A stretch of DNA of 64,000 nucleotides from Octopus vulgaris (taxonomy: Eukaryota): contig OX597820.1 in assembly GCA_951406725.2 (NCBI GenBank), forward strand, positions 66,092,001 to 66,156,000, given 5' to 3'. Position 1 is the first letter of the stretch. Each line of letters opens with the position of its first letter. Under the pieces are notes generated by a model. The model was not told the DNA's origin, did no database searches, and saw nothing but the letters and a program-made list of their open reading frames with translations. Positions 1-13,267 of this stretch are shown in pieces. Position numbers and translations under genes: made by a program.

Positions 1-57
<57 letters not shown>

Positions 58-156
58 TACATAAAACAAATAAAAAATAAACATATGCTATGCGTTCGAG
101 TTTCGTTTCTCCCAATGAAAGGTAATATAATATTAAGATTTAATTATATATCTTTC

Positions 157-157
<1 letters not shown>

Positions 158-224
<67 letters not shown>

Positions 225-270
225 GTTATTATTATTATTATTATCATTATTATTATTCTTGTTATTATTA

Positions 271-340
<70 letters not shown>

Positions 341-372
341 CATCATCATCATCATCTTCATCATCATTATTA
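158..372. repeat. (TTA)n microsatellite grading into (TCA)n
   Basis: Direct trinucleotide tandem run; source of the poly-Leu/Ile/Asn ORFs at 85-398. Confidence 0.97.
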
Positions 373-793
373 TGATTACTATTTTCTTTCGCCACCATTG
401 TATGTTGGTCTTATTGCTTTTTTCTTTTCCGTAGGCCTGGTGGCGAGAGGTGGGGTGGTGGTGGTGGTGGTGGTGGTGGGGAGAGATGATTGTTTTTCTG
501 TTTATTTCTGCTTTGTTGCAACCTAATCTAGAATTGATAAGAAGAATACATGGTTATATTTTAAAATTAAGTGTGAATAACGCAGACAGAAATGACAGAC
601 AAATGATATGCACATACATAAATATTTGTAGACATACACAGACTTGCATATATTCATACGCACACATAAACATATGTGTGTATGTGTATACGTATATACG
701 TTTATATATAAGTTGTTTCATACGTATATATATATATATATATATACTTACATATATACATATATATACATATATATATATATGTGTGTGTGT

Positions 794-848
<55 letters not shown>

Positions 849-2085
849 TGTGTGTGTGTGTGTGTAGGTAGGTATGAAAAAGTATGACAAAGCGATTGGC
901 TGATGCAAATAATATATACGTTGAATATGATATATTGATTATGCAAATAATGCAGTTCTAGTGATGGCTTCTTTTTTTTTTCAAAGAAAAAAACTTACAT
1001 AATCGATGGCCATGGGAAATTGATTATTTTGATCACAGAACACATTTGTATACATACATAAATATTTATGTATACATACATAAGTACCCACATATGTGTA
1101 CATATGTGTATATATATATATGTGTGTGCATGTGTGTGTGTATGTTTATACATATATATTTTTATATTGATATGTATATACATATGCATATTTGTTTATA
1201 CAAATATACATGTTTTTTATGTACGCGTGTAAATATATATACATATACTTATATATGCGTATACACACACATGAATATATATTATATATACTTACATGTG
1301 TTTATTCATTTATAAAATATATTCATATATATATATATATATTTATATGTATATATATATATATGCTCGTGAGTGTAACCAGCAATAAACTAGAACCCCT
1401 TAAACACGTATTATCCTTGCGAGAATAAGAACCCCTTTGAAGGGCAATCACGCAATAACAATGTGTGGTATAGTATACAGAACAAAACCTGTATAATCCA
1501 AGAAACTTTGAACAAGTTCAACCCTACGATGACTAGTATTTCAAAGAAGGGTAATATCATAACCCCAAGAACACAAAATACCAAAGAGTACATAGCCAAC
1601 AAGCGTGTCAAATTTATGCACTCATCATCAGCTGCTTAGCGGACGTCGTTTTGGTTTTGACACCTGGGCAGTGCTATTCAAAGTGGCGATGTTAATAGCG
1701 TTAAGAATATAAACGCTACCAAGGAAAGAGTTAAACAAGAAGTAGGACCGTAACATTGGTACAATGTCTTCATTACGTATGCAACTGCTAGCTATTACAA
1801 AAAGCATATACAAACATCAAACATCAAACATCAAACATTTATCATTTCATACATAAAGCTGCGAAGAAACTTTTTTTAAATGCAACAGTGTATATATGTC
1901 TGTATATCAAAAGTAGGAGAACAAGGTTTTTAACAGTTCTTTGTTTCCTCTGAGTTTCTTGATGCAGTATTGCAAAACAACAGTTTGCTTTTGACTGTAA
2001 AAGCAAAATGCTGTATAGAGGGGGCGGGGATGCGAAACGCGCAGTTAAAGATTGTTGAAATTTAACATCTGGTACTTACTATATT

Positions 2086-2395
2086 GTGGAGGCTCATGGC
2101 CTAGTGGTTAGAGCAACGGACTCGGGGTCGAGGGATCGCGGGCTCCAATCTCAGACCGGGCGATGTGTGTGTTTATGAGCGAAACACCCAAGCTCCACGC
2201 GGCTCCGGCAGAAGGTAATGCCGAACTTCTGCTGACTCTTTCGCCACAACTTTCTCTCACTCTTTCTTCCTTCCTGCATCTTGCAGCTCACCTGCGACGG
2301 ATCGGCGTCCCATCCAGGTGGGGAACCTATACACCAAGGAAACCGGGAAACCGGCCCTATGATCCAGGCGTGGCTCGAGAAGGAACAAACAACAT
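2086..2395 (+). mobile_element. tRNA-derived SINE, family C, full length with 11-bp TSD
   Basis: A-box TGGCCTAGTGG, degenerate B-box GGCTCCAATC; near-identical body at 31893-32181; direct repeat CTTACTATATT at 2075-2085 and 2396-2406. Confidence 0.88.
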
Positions 2396-2518
2396 CTTAC
2401 TATATTTATTTAAATCTTTTTATGTGTTGCGTACCATCTCATCATGCCTAAATATATGTATATGTATGTTTATGTGAATGTATATAGACAGACAGATCGA
2501 TCGATCGATAGATACATA

Positions 2519-2643
<125 letters not shown>

Positions 2644-3379
2644 AGAGAGAGAGAGAGTTAAATAGATATGGGTATAGATATAGATATAGATACGTATGTG
2701 TGTGTCTGTGCTTTGGGATAGGCATATATTATAGGTAATGTGTGAAGCTAAGCTATGTATATAATGTCCAGTAACGTTTTGAAAATTCCATGATTGTTCT
2801 TCCCTTAGATATTTTAATTAAGAGTTTGTTTTTTTTTATTACCTGATTCCTCTGTATTCTGTAGAATGGCAAATACTTTTAGGCAAAGTATAATATAATA
2901 GACAAGAAAGTTGAAACACTTTAGCAGCAAATTTAAATTTGTTAGACTTAAACATAAATCATAAATAATATAATAGACAATAGAAATGTGAGTATCTTAT
3001 GAACAAAATGGATAAACTAAATATCAATACATTGATTGATCATTGCATCATTTTATTCTTTTGTCTATTTCGGCAATCTGTACTGGAATGACATTTTGAA
3101 TTTCTTAACAGAAATTGTAACACATTTCTTTGTTTGACAATTCCTTTTACAAAACTATTTGACACATCTCACCCAAATTTTGCTTGATTATATTACACCT
3201 GACCTGAGCGAGATTAGTTTGTCTGTAGTGATGTCTTCATTTTCTAATAAAGGCATCTTGCACGCAGAAAACAGTAAACTAGCAATGAATTGTTTAAGAC
3301 TGCTTAGGCTTGGACCTTAATCAACCGAGACAGATTTCCCTGATGGTCATCGATGATGACAGCAAAATAATATGTTTTG

Positions 3380-3580
3380 TTATAAACACAAGGCTTGAAA
3401 TATTTCGGGAAGGAGCCAGTTGATTACATCGACACTAGGATCCAACTAGTCCTTGTTTTAACAACTCCGAAAGAATAAAAGGTTAAGTTGACACCGGCAG
3501 CATTTGAAATCAGAACGTAAAGCCAAAAGGAAAGCCTTGAAGAATTTTGTTCGGTGGGCTAACGATTCTGCTAGCTCGTC
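3380..3580 (-). mobile_element. SINE family B, diverged copy
   Basis: Matches family-B motifs (GATTACATCGAC, TTTGAAATCAGAACGTAA, AACGATTCTGCTAGCTCG) seen intact at 28761-28990. Confidence 0.7.
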
Positions 3581-3883
3581 AGTCGTGATGCAGACCAAAA
3601 TAATGCTAGTGACTTAACGTTCTATGTCACGTTCGGAATAGAACTCAATACGGTGGTAATACGTTGGAAGCTGAATGTATGTAGACATCCGAAAAACATC
3701 AAGTGTGGTTTCTTATTTTTGTGAAACTTTTGATAATCAATTTCTGTATCGAACTGTGAATACACATGCGCACGCACACACACACACACTTGTACACACA
3801 CACACATACACACTCACACACAACCCCTACACCCCCAAACCTATACGTAAGTATGCATATATATATATATATATATATATATA

Positions 3884-4062
3884 GCTCCTACACGCATTTT
3901 TGTCTCTCCTTGTTTTTTTCTATGTATCTTTCTGTCGAAGAGCGTAGGCTCGAAACGTAAAAGACTTGTTCTATTTCTATTCCTGAGCGCCATACTAATA
4001 CATTTGTTTGTTTGTACTCCACCTGCCTTCGTCTTTGGTTTATTTTCGTAAACCTTCCCGTT
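3884..4062 (+). mobile_element. Short (TA)n-embedded element (Penelope-like pLTR fragment) carrying a hammerhead-like motif
   Basis: Flanked on both sides by (TA)n; further copies at 22797-22995 (+) and 30790-30923 (-). Confidence 0.7.
3927..3964 (+). ncRNA. Minimal type-I hammerhead-ribozyme-like motif (variant core)
   Basis: TCTTT-CTGTCGA-A-GAGC(GTAG)GCTC-GAAAC-GTA-AAAGA: 5-bp stem I, 4-bp stem II, palindromic ACGT stem III, GUA triplet; core has U at A6 and an extra A. Confidence 0.6.
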
Positions 4063-4094
4063 ATATATATATATATGTATATATATATGAATAG

Positions 4095-4430
4095 ATGATA
4101 TTTAAAGGTGGTTTATATCGCGATGATGGGTTAATTGCCATCAGAAGTACTAACCTTGAACCTTAGACAGAACAAAGAAGGCTAACTCCTCAACATTTTT
4201 AGAGAGCTCTTACTTCAAGTCATGGTACATTCTAACGATGATTTTAATTCGAAACGATGGCTTGTATTACCCAAAAGAAAATCTGAGGAACCGCTCCATT
4301 ACATTAGTAAATGATCGAACTAGTAATACTATACCGAATGCCAAGACAATTCGTTTTCTCTATTCGTGTCATTAAGTGTATTGCTGCATGACATTTAGTA
4401 AGGCTAGTTCAAATAATAACGATGCTGTGA
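4095..4430 (+). pseudogene. Penelope-like element reverse transcriptase fragment (degenerate)
   Basis: From 4101 reads FKGGLYRDDGLIAI (catalytic YRDD); downstream frameshifted blocks DGLYYP..EEPLHYISK*SN and FSKASSNNNDAV follow PLE RT/thumb motif order. Confidence 0.7.
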
Positions 4431-4771
4431 TTGATTTGATAATATCCTAATATTATAACTTTATGATTTTTTCTCATAATTTTTATAAATTCTAGTCTAA
4501 CAGACCAGTCTTTGACATTTTGTAAATGTTTGATGCGTGTGTGTGTATGTGTGTGTGTGTGTGTGTGTGTGTCTAAAAGAAGGAAAGAAAGAAAGAAAGG
4601 AAGGAAGGAAGGAAGGAAGAAGACCTGCGTGAGCGTTTGTGCGTGTTTGAATGTCTGATATGTGTCTTCCAGGTTGTAATTGTTTTAGTTTCAACACAGT
4701 CTGAGATCAAATCACTGGCCAGACATGTTCATCTCCGAGCATATAGAAGAAATAATATGTGTGTGTGTGTC

Positions 4772-4803
<32 letters not shown>

Positions 4804-5694
4804 TAGATTGATAGATAGATAGATAGATAAACCTACCTACATACATATATGCATATATGCATTCATACATATGCGTGAGTATGCATGTACATATGTGTAT
4901 GTCTTATATGTGTTTACGTTTGTGTTTGTAATAGCGTATCCTTTTAGATCCCGGAAACATATCAATCCGGCAAGGTGAAACGATGAGAGAGAGAGAGAGG
5001 GAAAGAAAGAGAGAAAGAGTGGGAGAGGGAGAGAAAGAGAGAGAGATTAACAAAATATATTACCAGACAGCAAAAACAGAAATGCTGTTATAGATGCAAT
5101 CGACGAAACATGTTAAGAAAATGCCCCAGCATGGTCACAGCCCAACAACTGTAACCTGCAGAGAAAAAAACATAACGTATACAGATTCTAGAATTCTAAT
5201 TATAGACCCCGCTCTCTTTACAACAGAATGGCTTACAATTTGAGGTTTCATGTTGAAAATATTTCGAAATTTCAAAAGTATATTTCAATGCGTCCATTGC
5301 TTTGTTCGATATAGTTTTTTGAAAATTTAGTTTCGCATTGAATTAAATCTAAATTTGATATTCTTATTCTTGTTATGCTTGTAATGGAAATGTAACTATT
5401 TAAAGGCTATTTTAATGTTTAAATTAGAAATAACGATGTCTAGATTCAAAGAAGATGATAGGAAAGGCTTGGCTTGTTTGATTTCATGTTTACAATTTTT
5501 AAAGAAATCATTTACGATGTCTACTATTTTGTATACCGTATAGAAATAAAGCTGCTTAATTCTAAATACGATTTTGTTTACGTATATATGCATAAATACA
5601 ATAAACATACATATATGTGTATGTTCGTGCGTCTATGTGTTTGTACGTGTGCGTGTGTGTGTGTGTGCGTGTGTGTGTGTTTATGTGTGTATGG

Positions 5695-6055
5695 TTGGGT
5701 AGTGCGGGAGTTGAGTTCACAACCAAGAGGTTCCGGGTTCGGTGCCTTCGCGCAGCATGTTAGGCGATTACCATCTACTAAGCACCCAAGCCGATCCATG
5801 TCTTGTGAATTTAGTTGACAAAAACTGTGCAGAAACTCACTATGTGCGCAGGAGGTGGAGTGTATACCTGTATGTCTTTTTCCCCTCTGTGTTACAACCG
5901 GTTTTGGTTTGTTTACGTCTCTGTAACTTAGTATTTAATTTCGGCAAAACAGACTTATAGAATTGAAACCCACTCTTACAAAAATCAAGTGGTGTGATTT
6001 GATTTGTTGTGGTCGTAGTCCAATGACTGAAACAAGTTGGAAATAAAAGATACAT
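5695..6055 (+). mobile_element. SINE family A, diverged copy
   Basis: Head GGTTCCGGGTTC, GTAACTTAG, tail AATGACTGAAACAAG; homologous to 41188-41599. Confidence 0.75.
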
Positions 6056-6196
6056 ATAACTAATCCTCATCGTTGATGAGTTAAAGACAGATTAAACGTG
6101 AAACATCTTAACCACAATAATCTTTTATCTTTAATCTTTAGTTTGTTTCAGTTTTTAGTCTGTGGCTATGTTGGAAAACCATATTAAAGAATTTTT

Positions 6197-6460
6197 GGAT
6201 CTTTACCTTTTGACCTACAGGTTTAAAAAATAACTTTTTGTAACTAAACGCTTAAAAACTTCGGACACTGGTAGAATTTGCCATATAAACATGCTTTACT
6301 CTTAGCATTTCTGAGAAAAACTTATATTTACGAAGTAATTTCACCTTAAAGTTCTCGCATTTCGGTAATTTCAACCAATCAATGACGTGTATTCAGCTGA
6401 ATAAAATTACTGCCGTTGTTTGTCAACAACAACTATCAGCGGTATATTTTTCGTTTGTCA
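6197..6460 (+). mobile_element. Solo arm of a long-TIR DNA element related to the 52139-52906 foldback
   Basis: Begins GGATCTTTACCTTTTGA (vs GGATCTTTTCCTTTTGA) and shares TAACTAAAC, AAACTTCG..CTGGTAGAAT, TGAGAAAA and AACCAATC in the same order. Confidence 0.6.
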
Positions 6461-7337
6461 TTGTGTTTGTGGAGTTTTTAGCTAAATCCTCCTCCTACAT
6501 CGTTTTATCGATTTTGATGAAACTTGATACGAGAGTAGAACTCATGTCTGGAAAACTCATGGCATACACAGATTGTTGAAGAAATTGATAATAGGGCCCC
6601 TGAAGGGATACTTATAAATATCTAATACATTTTATTTTAAAAGTCAATGGAAATAACCCATTCGCACCTGGAAAGGATCCTTGTCTATAGTCAAGGGAAA
6701 TAACCCATTCATTTTCCTAAATTATTTGGTATAAATCAAGTTGAGTATGCTTATTTCTTAGTATTTGAATTGTTAGAGTTATTTTCGTAATTTATCCAGT
6801 TCAACCCTTAAACAAGTAAAAAGTATTTTCCTAAACAATAGATCCACTTATTTCGGTTAGTCACTTATTCACGAATATACCAACACTAGCGCTCCTAAGG
6901 GTAATATTCTCTTGGAACGCACAAAACCCTTTTCAGAGTTAATTACAATGAATTATTATCTCATATCTGATTAGCCTGTTATTACGTAACATGCATCACG
7001 ATTTTATTATAATAACTTATGAGTATTTTCTCCGAAAAGGGCTTTAATGCATTAAAGCCCATTTCGGGGTTACTTTATTTGAATTATTACTATCGAGTAA
7101 CTAACTTCATGCTATTACATAACTGACTTCACAATTTGGGTATTCATAACTTATTTGGAATTCAAAAAAAAACAAGATCCTGTGTAAGACAATTCAGTAT
7201 TCTCTGTAAATGCACAAAAACCGTTTTTTAAGGGCTACTTACTTTGTATTGTTGTTATTGGATTAGCGAAACAATTATGAGAACGGAACCAAGGGTTAAG
7301 CCCCGCTTTCCTAGGAATTACCGGGTACGTCAGCTAG
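6461..7337 (+). mobile_element. Non-autonomous Helitron-like element
   Basis: Ends CCGGGTACGTCAGCTAG|T (CTRR 3' terminus before T); 5' region has the CTCCTCCTA..ATCGATTTTGATGAAACTTG motif typical of invertebrate non-autonomous Helitrons. Confidence 0.55.
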
Positions 7338-7369
7338 TGTGCGTGTATATATATGTGTGTGGGGGGGGA

Positions 7370-7402
<33 letters not shown>

Positions 7403-7408
7403 CGTGTG

Positions 7409-7668
7409 TGGAGGCGCAATGGCCCAGTGGTTAGGGCAGCGGACTCGCGGTCGTAGGACCGCGGTTTCGATTCCCAGACCGGGCGTTGTGTGTGTTTATT
7501 GAGCGAAAACACCTAAAAGCTCCACGAGGCTCCGGCAGGGGGGTGATCCCTGCTGTGCTCTTTCACCACTCTTCTGTTGGCCTGCTCGCTTAGCCAGCGG
7601 GGTGGCGTCATTCGAAGGCTAAAACAATGCGAACGCATTGTGACCAGCGATGTTTAGCAACATCTGAT
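7409..7668 (+). mobile_element. tRNA-derived SINE, family C head with an alternative tail
   Basis: A-box TGGCCCAGTGG, B-box GGTTTCGATTCC; same head/core as 2086-2395 but a different 3' half. Confidence 0.82.
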
Positions 7669-8263
7669 ATATATACATACATGCATACATACATACATAC
7701 ATACATACATACATACATACATACATACATACATACACACATACATACATACATACATACATATATACATACATACGTGTACTTAAGAGAGAGAGCGAAG
7801 CAATGTATTAAATCTGTGTCCCGGAATTCATGTAGACTTATACATTCATTGTATTCTATATTGCAATGTATTGGAAGCAGAACAGCTTGATTTCGCACCG
7901 GACATCAATCAGTAGTTCGGGTTCACTGCAGTTGTGACAGCTAGTGTAAGAATGTGGCGTCTATAAGTCGGTGCTTCGTTCGTAAAATCTTGTTCGAAGA
8001 ATATCGGTTCATATTAAAGCGAAAGGGCACTATGAATATATGTGTGTGCGTGTGTGTTTATGTTCTTAGAAGTCTCCAAAATAGATAAGTTTTTTTTAAT
8101 AATTTTAATAATTCTCGTTATAGATTTCTAGCAATTCTTTTCAATTTGCGCTGACAGATAGTTTCATTTTATTACCGACAAGCAGGCCTAAAGAATATAC
8201 ATGCAAATTATGCTCTACTTTCTTGTGTATATATGTGTGTTTGTGTGTATGCATATGCATATG

Positions 8264-8338
<75 letters not shown>

Positions 8339-8587
8339 TTGTATGTGTGTGTCTGTGTACATACATATAAACATCTATACTGTGCTGACATCTTAATGTT
8401 CTTGCTATTCTGACTAAAGCTGTTCAATATGAACTATGTATCAAATGCACAACACCGAGAATCAGAAGTGCAAGTATTAATAAACCCAGCTATGATGGGA
8501 AATTATAAGAATGCAAATATATTATCGCCATTCTTTTGATGTACGGAAAAGAGACGTATGAGCAGATAGATATATAGATTTATATAT

Positions 8588-8827
<240 letters not shown>

Positions 8828-8828
<1 letters not shown>

Positions 8829-9251
8829 GAGCAAAACGCCCGTCGTCCAATGGACGATGCTGAGTTGTCAAACATCTAAACCAAATTTTTTCAGCTTGTC
8901 CGACCGTCCAATAGACCTCCCCTTTGAGAAACACTGATTTAACCTAAATTTGAGACACCAGCAAAAGAAGAACTTTTTTCTATTCCAAAGAAAAACGATT
9001 TTATTCACACAAATATGCAACCAAAAAGTTAAAGTACCAGTAAGTACATGGCAACAGCTGTTGTACTTGCGCGTACAAATTCGCGTTCCCGCGGCTTTAT
9101 CGATCGCATTCTCACCTGGAATAGATTTTTGTAATTTTTTCAAGACTTATACACGCCCTAATACTATCGGTATCTACAGATCAAATTTCAGCGCAATCGG
9201 ATGGAGGATGCCCGAGATCATAGAAGACACATACACAGACAGACAGAACGG

Positions 9252-9256
<5 letters not shown>
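8828..9256 (-). mobile_element. Non-autonomous Helitron-like element in (TA)n
   Basis: Minus-strand 3' end has hairpin TCGTCCA-T-TGGACGA about 11 nt before CTCG|T; 5' end has CTGT repeats and CCGATTGCGCTGAAATTTG. Confidence 0.6.
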
Positions 9257-9303
<47 letters not shown>

Positions 9304-9404
9304 TCTAGTTATACATATATGTGTGTGTGTGTGTAGTGTGTATATATATACATACATAAATACATACATACATACATACATACATACATACATACATACA
9401 TACA

Positions 9405-9435
<31 letters not shown>

Positions 9436-10318
9436 GTCAGATGAGGACGAAAACGGCGACGAGAACATGGGGAAAAAATTGTGTTTTTCGGATGAATTCC
9501 ATTGTGATAGTTACTCAGTATCGAGTTGCAGATACTTCCTTGTCACTCTCGCTATTAGAAATGCGGTGAACCACTGATTTTCCTATCGGAAAACTGTAAC
9601 TAAACGACGCTATTTTTTAGCAAATGCAGAAATATATAAAAGAATTATCAAGGTTGATTCCAGCGACTAAACACTCACCATTAATAATTTTAAGTTCTTG
9701 AACGTATATTCGAAATCATTTTTCTTTTGCTTTTTTTTCGATCTTTCATTTTATTGTTGCTTTTCAATAAATACTAACATAACGGAAACTTTTTAGCATT
9801 ACCATTTCCAAAGATTAAGTCTAAAAACTCAACTTAATCCAGACATTTTGTAACTGAATAAACACATTTTCGTTTTATTTTCCATATCTGGTAGACGTCA
9901 ATTCTTCGTTTTACTGGTTACTGCATTGAACACGACCACCACCACCGACACCACCACCATTACAACCAACGACCACCGCCACCCCCACCAAGCACCACCA
10001 CCACCACCAAAAAAAAAATTTTTGTTGACATCGACCTATCTGAAAGAAATTCTAGATTCTCGGAATTTTGACTAACCCATATCTTCTTTGATGTGATATC
10101 GTCTGCTCGCGTTGTTCAGGTAATGTAACGTATGATATTTAATAGATCTTGTCTTGGCATCGAATCATTCTTTCATGAAAGAGAGAAAAATCCATAGCGA
10201 CATTTTATATTTCAAGAGGTTTTTATCATTTTTTATATTCTTCCACTCATTCACCCATCACAGTATCACTCTCTCTATATCACTCTTTCTTTATCTCTTT
10301 CTCTCTGTCTATGTCTCG

Positions 10319-10359
<41 letters not shown>

Positions 10360-11003
10360 TATTCATTTATTTCTACATCTATCAATCTAAATATCAGTGT
10401 AAATGTATATGTCATCTCCCTCTCCTTCGCTGTCTCTTCTCATGGCTCTCCTTTCTTGTGTATATGTGTGTGTGTGTTTGTGTGTATGTATATGCATGTG
10501 TATATAAATATATATATATGTGCGTGTATATATGTGTGTGTACATACATATATACACAAATATATGTATAATATATATACATGAATATATAATATATATA
10601 CATACATATATACACGCGCGCGCGCGCGCACACACACACACACACACACATATATAAATATATACATACATGCATAGAGGCACACACACACACGTAGAAG
10701 GCATATGTTTATACATCTAGAAAGTCATAAAACAAAAAGCCACTGGATACATACTAATCACTCACATAGACACACACACAGACATATTCACATATACACA
10801 CAGATAAACACACACATTATGTATGTATGTATGTATGTATGCGTATAGACACATAGAGAAATACATGCATCGAGCTACAAAGAAAGCGGAAAGAAGAGAT
10901 AGTCATTTGTGAATATAGATCTATAACTAACTACAACAAAATGACTAAATCGAATCTATTGCTTCTTCTATCAGTTTACTTGATGCAGTAAAAACAGATC
11001 TTA

Positions 11004-11428
11004 TTATTGTCAAGATGGTTACAGTGCAAAGACGACTGAATACCCAATATATACGAATTCCTAAGAGCGCAAAATTACCATCAAGGCCGAATTGTCAAGA
11101 TGACTAAATTACCATTGAGGCTGGATTACCAAGATGCTTATTTTATCAAGATGGCTGAAATTGTTTAACAAGACGAAAATGTGGTATAGGCTGGACGAAA
11201 AAGGAACTACACAATGGAGGGAGACGTGCTCAAAATCTCTTCATCAGTTGTCAATCGAATTTCATCACAATTTCAACAATTTGAATTGGCAAGTTGCTTA
11301 AATTGCTAAGATGACTATATTGACAAGATGGCTGAATTGCCAACTCAGCTGAAGTTTCTAAGATAGCGGAAGTAACAGGATGGTTGCATTGCTAAGTTGG
11401 TTGAATGGATAGGATGCTGAATTATTAA
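11004..11428. repeat. Degenerate 17-bp minisatellite in two blocks (consensus approx. GAATTGYCAAGATGGCT)
   Basis: 17-nt periodic units such as GAATTGTCAAGATGACT, GGATTACCAAGATGCTT, ATATTGACAAGATGGCT at about 11004-11175 and 11283-11428. Confidence 0.8.
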
Positions 11429-12759
11429 CTCAACTGATGTGAATTCTTATTTTTTTACAGAAATTTCAATTTTTTTAACAGTGCAATTCTAAATAAATTC
11501 AGTTAATATAGTGTGGGAGGATTTCGAATTCAGGACGCAAATATCCAGAGCAAAAACCATAAGGTACCTGGTCCGACGTGCTGACAATTCCACCAAATCA
11601 TTAACATGGCCAAGGTTTGATCGCCTTTAATCGTAAGATTGCTCGCTCAGGGCTGATTGAGGTGACACAAAAATATGGTAGAATATGATTACAATAAACA
11701 GTTACATCTCAACATTGAAGGCAAAGAAGACATTTGGCTAAATGAGTATATTTATTGACCAGCATGGCCGTGTTTCTTATAGTATGAATGTTCTGTAGAA
11801 ATGAAAATACAGAAGAAAAGGTGGAGGTCTTGTAGACGGTGTAGAACGGTAGGTATTGATTTTCATTCGGTACAGAGAAAAACTGATAAAACACCCTGAA
11901 AAAATTATATCAATATGGAAATGTGTGTGTGTTTGTGTTTGTGTGTGCGTGTGTGTGTGTTTGTGTGTGTGTATGTATGTGCGTGTGTATGTGACTCTGT
12001 GTATGTGTCTGTAAATATATGCGTGTATATATACTCACACACAAATATATATATATTCATATATATATATGTTCATATTCAACTATGGGCACACATACAT
12101 ACACACACACGCACACATCTGTACGCAGACATATATATGCATTATACATTTATGTATATATGTATACATTTATCTCTTTATATATATAGATGTGTGTGTG
12201 TTTGTGTATACATACATACATGCATATATATATATGTGTGTGTGTGTATGTATGTAAGTAATTATAGAGAGAGACAGAGAAATAGAGGGTAAGAGAATGT
12301 AATACGCTTGTATGTGTACGCATATATCTGTGTGTGCGTGGGCATATATGTGAATATGTGTTCATGTAAACGCATATAAATATATATACAAGTTGAAGGA
12401 AGTTCTTGAAAGAACCAAGCTATATCATCGTAAAACAGTTCAAAGGAATTGTTAAAAGAACACAGTTATCACATGAAAATAGAAGTTTAATACATTCGTT
12501 AATTAAACTTAACACCAATGATTACATAAATAAATTAGAGAACAATTTTCACTGACAGAATCTCCTATTTCTTCTAGTTTATGAAACAAAAAAAAAAAAA
12601 AAGAAGAAAAAATTGACCCTTCAACAAAGCAGGAAGAAGATAAAATATAATAAAACAAATTCCCAAGCGAAACAATTTCCTTAATTGTTTTCTTGCTGTA
12701 ATGAGTTTAGCTCCCGATGCACCAACTAGAGTTTTGAAACGAGAACATAATGGTACTTT

Positions 12760-13216
12760 ACATGTTTCAGTCAATAGACTGAGGCCAGTCTGGGGTACCG
12801 CCTTGTTTTAGTCAAATGAATCGAACCGAGTACTTGTTGTTTTGGTATTTCTTTTTTTATTTCTTTTTTTTGTTTGTTATGCCTGGTATTCATTCTATCG
12901 TTCAATTTGTTGAACCGCTAGGTTACGGGAGGTAAACACAGCAACTCCAGTTATCAAGCGGTAAGGGTTGAGAGACGAACACAGACACAATCACAAACAC
13001 ACGTACATATACACACTATATATATATATAATATAATTCGAGACAAAACCACTATTTTAAAACCAAACAAGGAAAGACTTAATCAATACATAAAATGTTA
13101 TTGGTTTTAAAATAGTGGTTTTGTCTCGAATTATATTATATAATATTTTACTATAAAATTGGATTTAACCCTAAATCTGATTTTTCCCTGTAATTTTGGA
13201 TTCATTCCCTAATATT

Positions 13217-13267
<51 letters not shown>

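Noticed and set aside
408-450. Polypyrimidine tract plus TAG as a splice acceptor of a micro-exon
   Set aside because: It is followed by (GGT)n with no convincing donor or coding content; such tracts are common in this low-complexity DNA.
1400-1480. CENKNPFEGQSRNNNVWY as a Penelope zinc-linker/GIY-YIG start
   Set aside because: Key cysteines and the YIG block are missing, so the similarity is too weak to call.
7411-7485. tRNA gene (also 2088, 31893, 55595)
   Set aside because: A and B boxes are present but the acceptor stem does not pair, and each continues into a shared SINE body, three of them with TSDs.
9434-9577. Short ORF MSDEDENG..LCFSDEF as an exon or Tc1 transposase; CAGATGAGGACGAAAAC as a hammerhead
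   Set aside because: Only a 4-residue FSDE match with no further transposase motifs; the RNA motif lacks U4 and a stem II.
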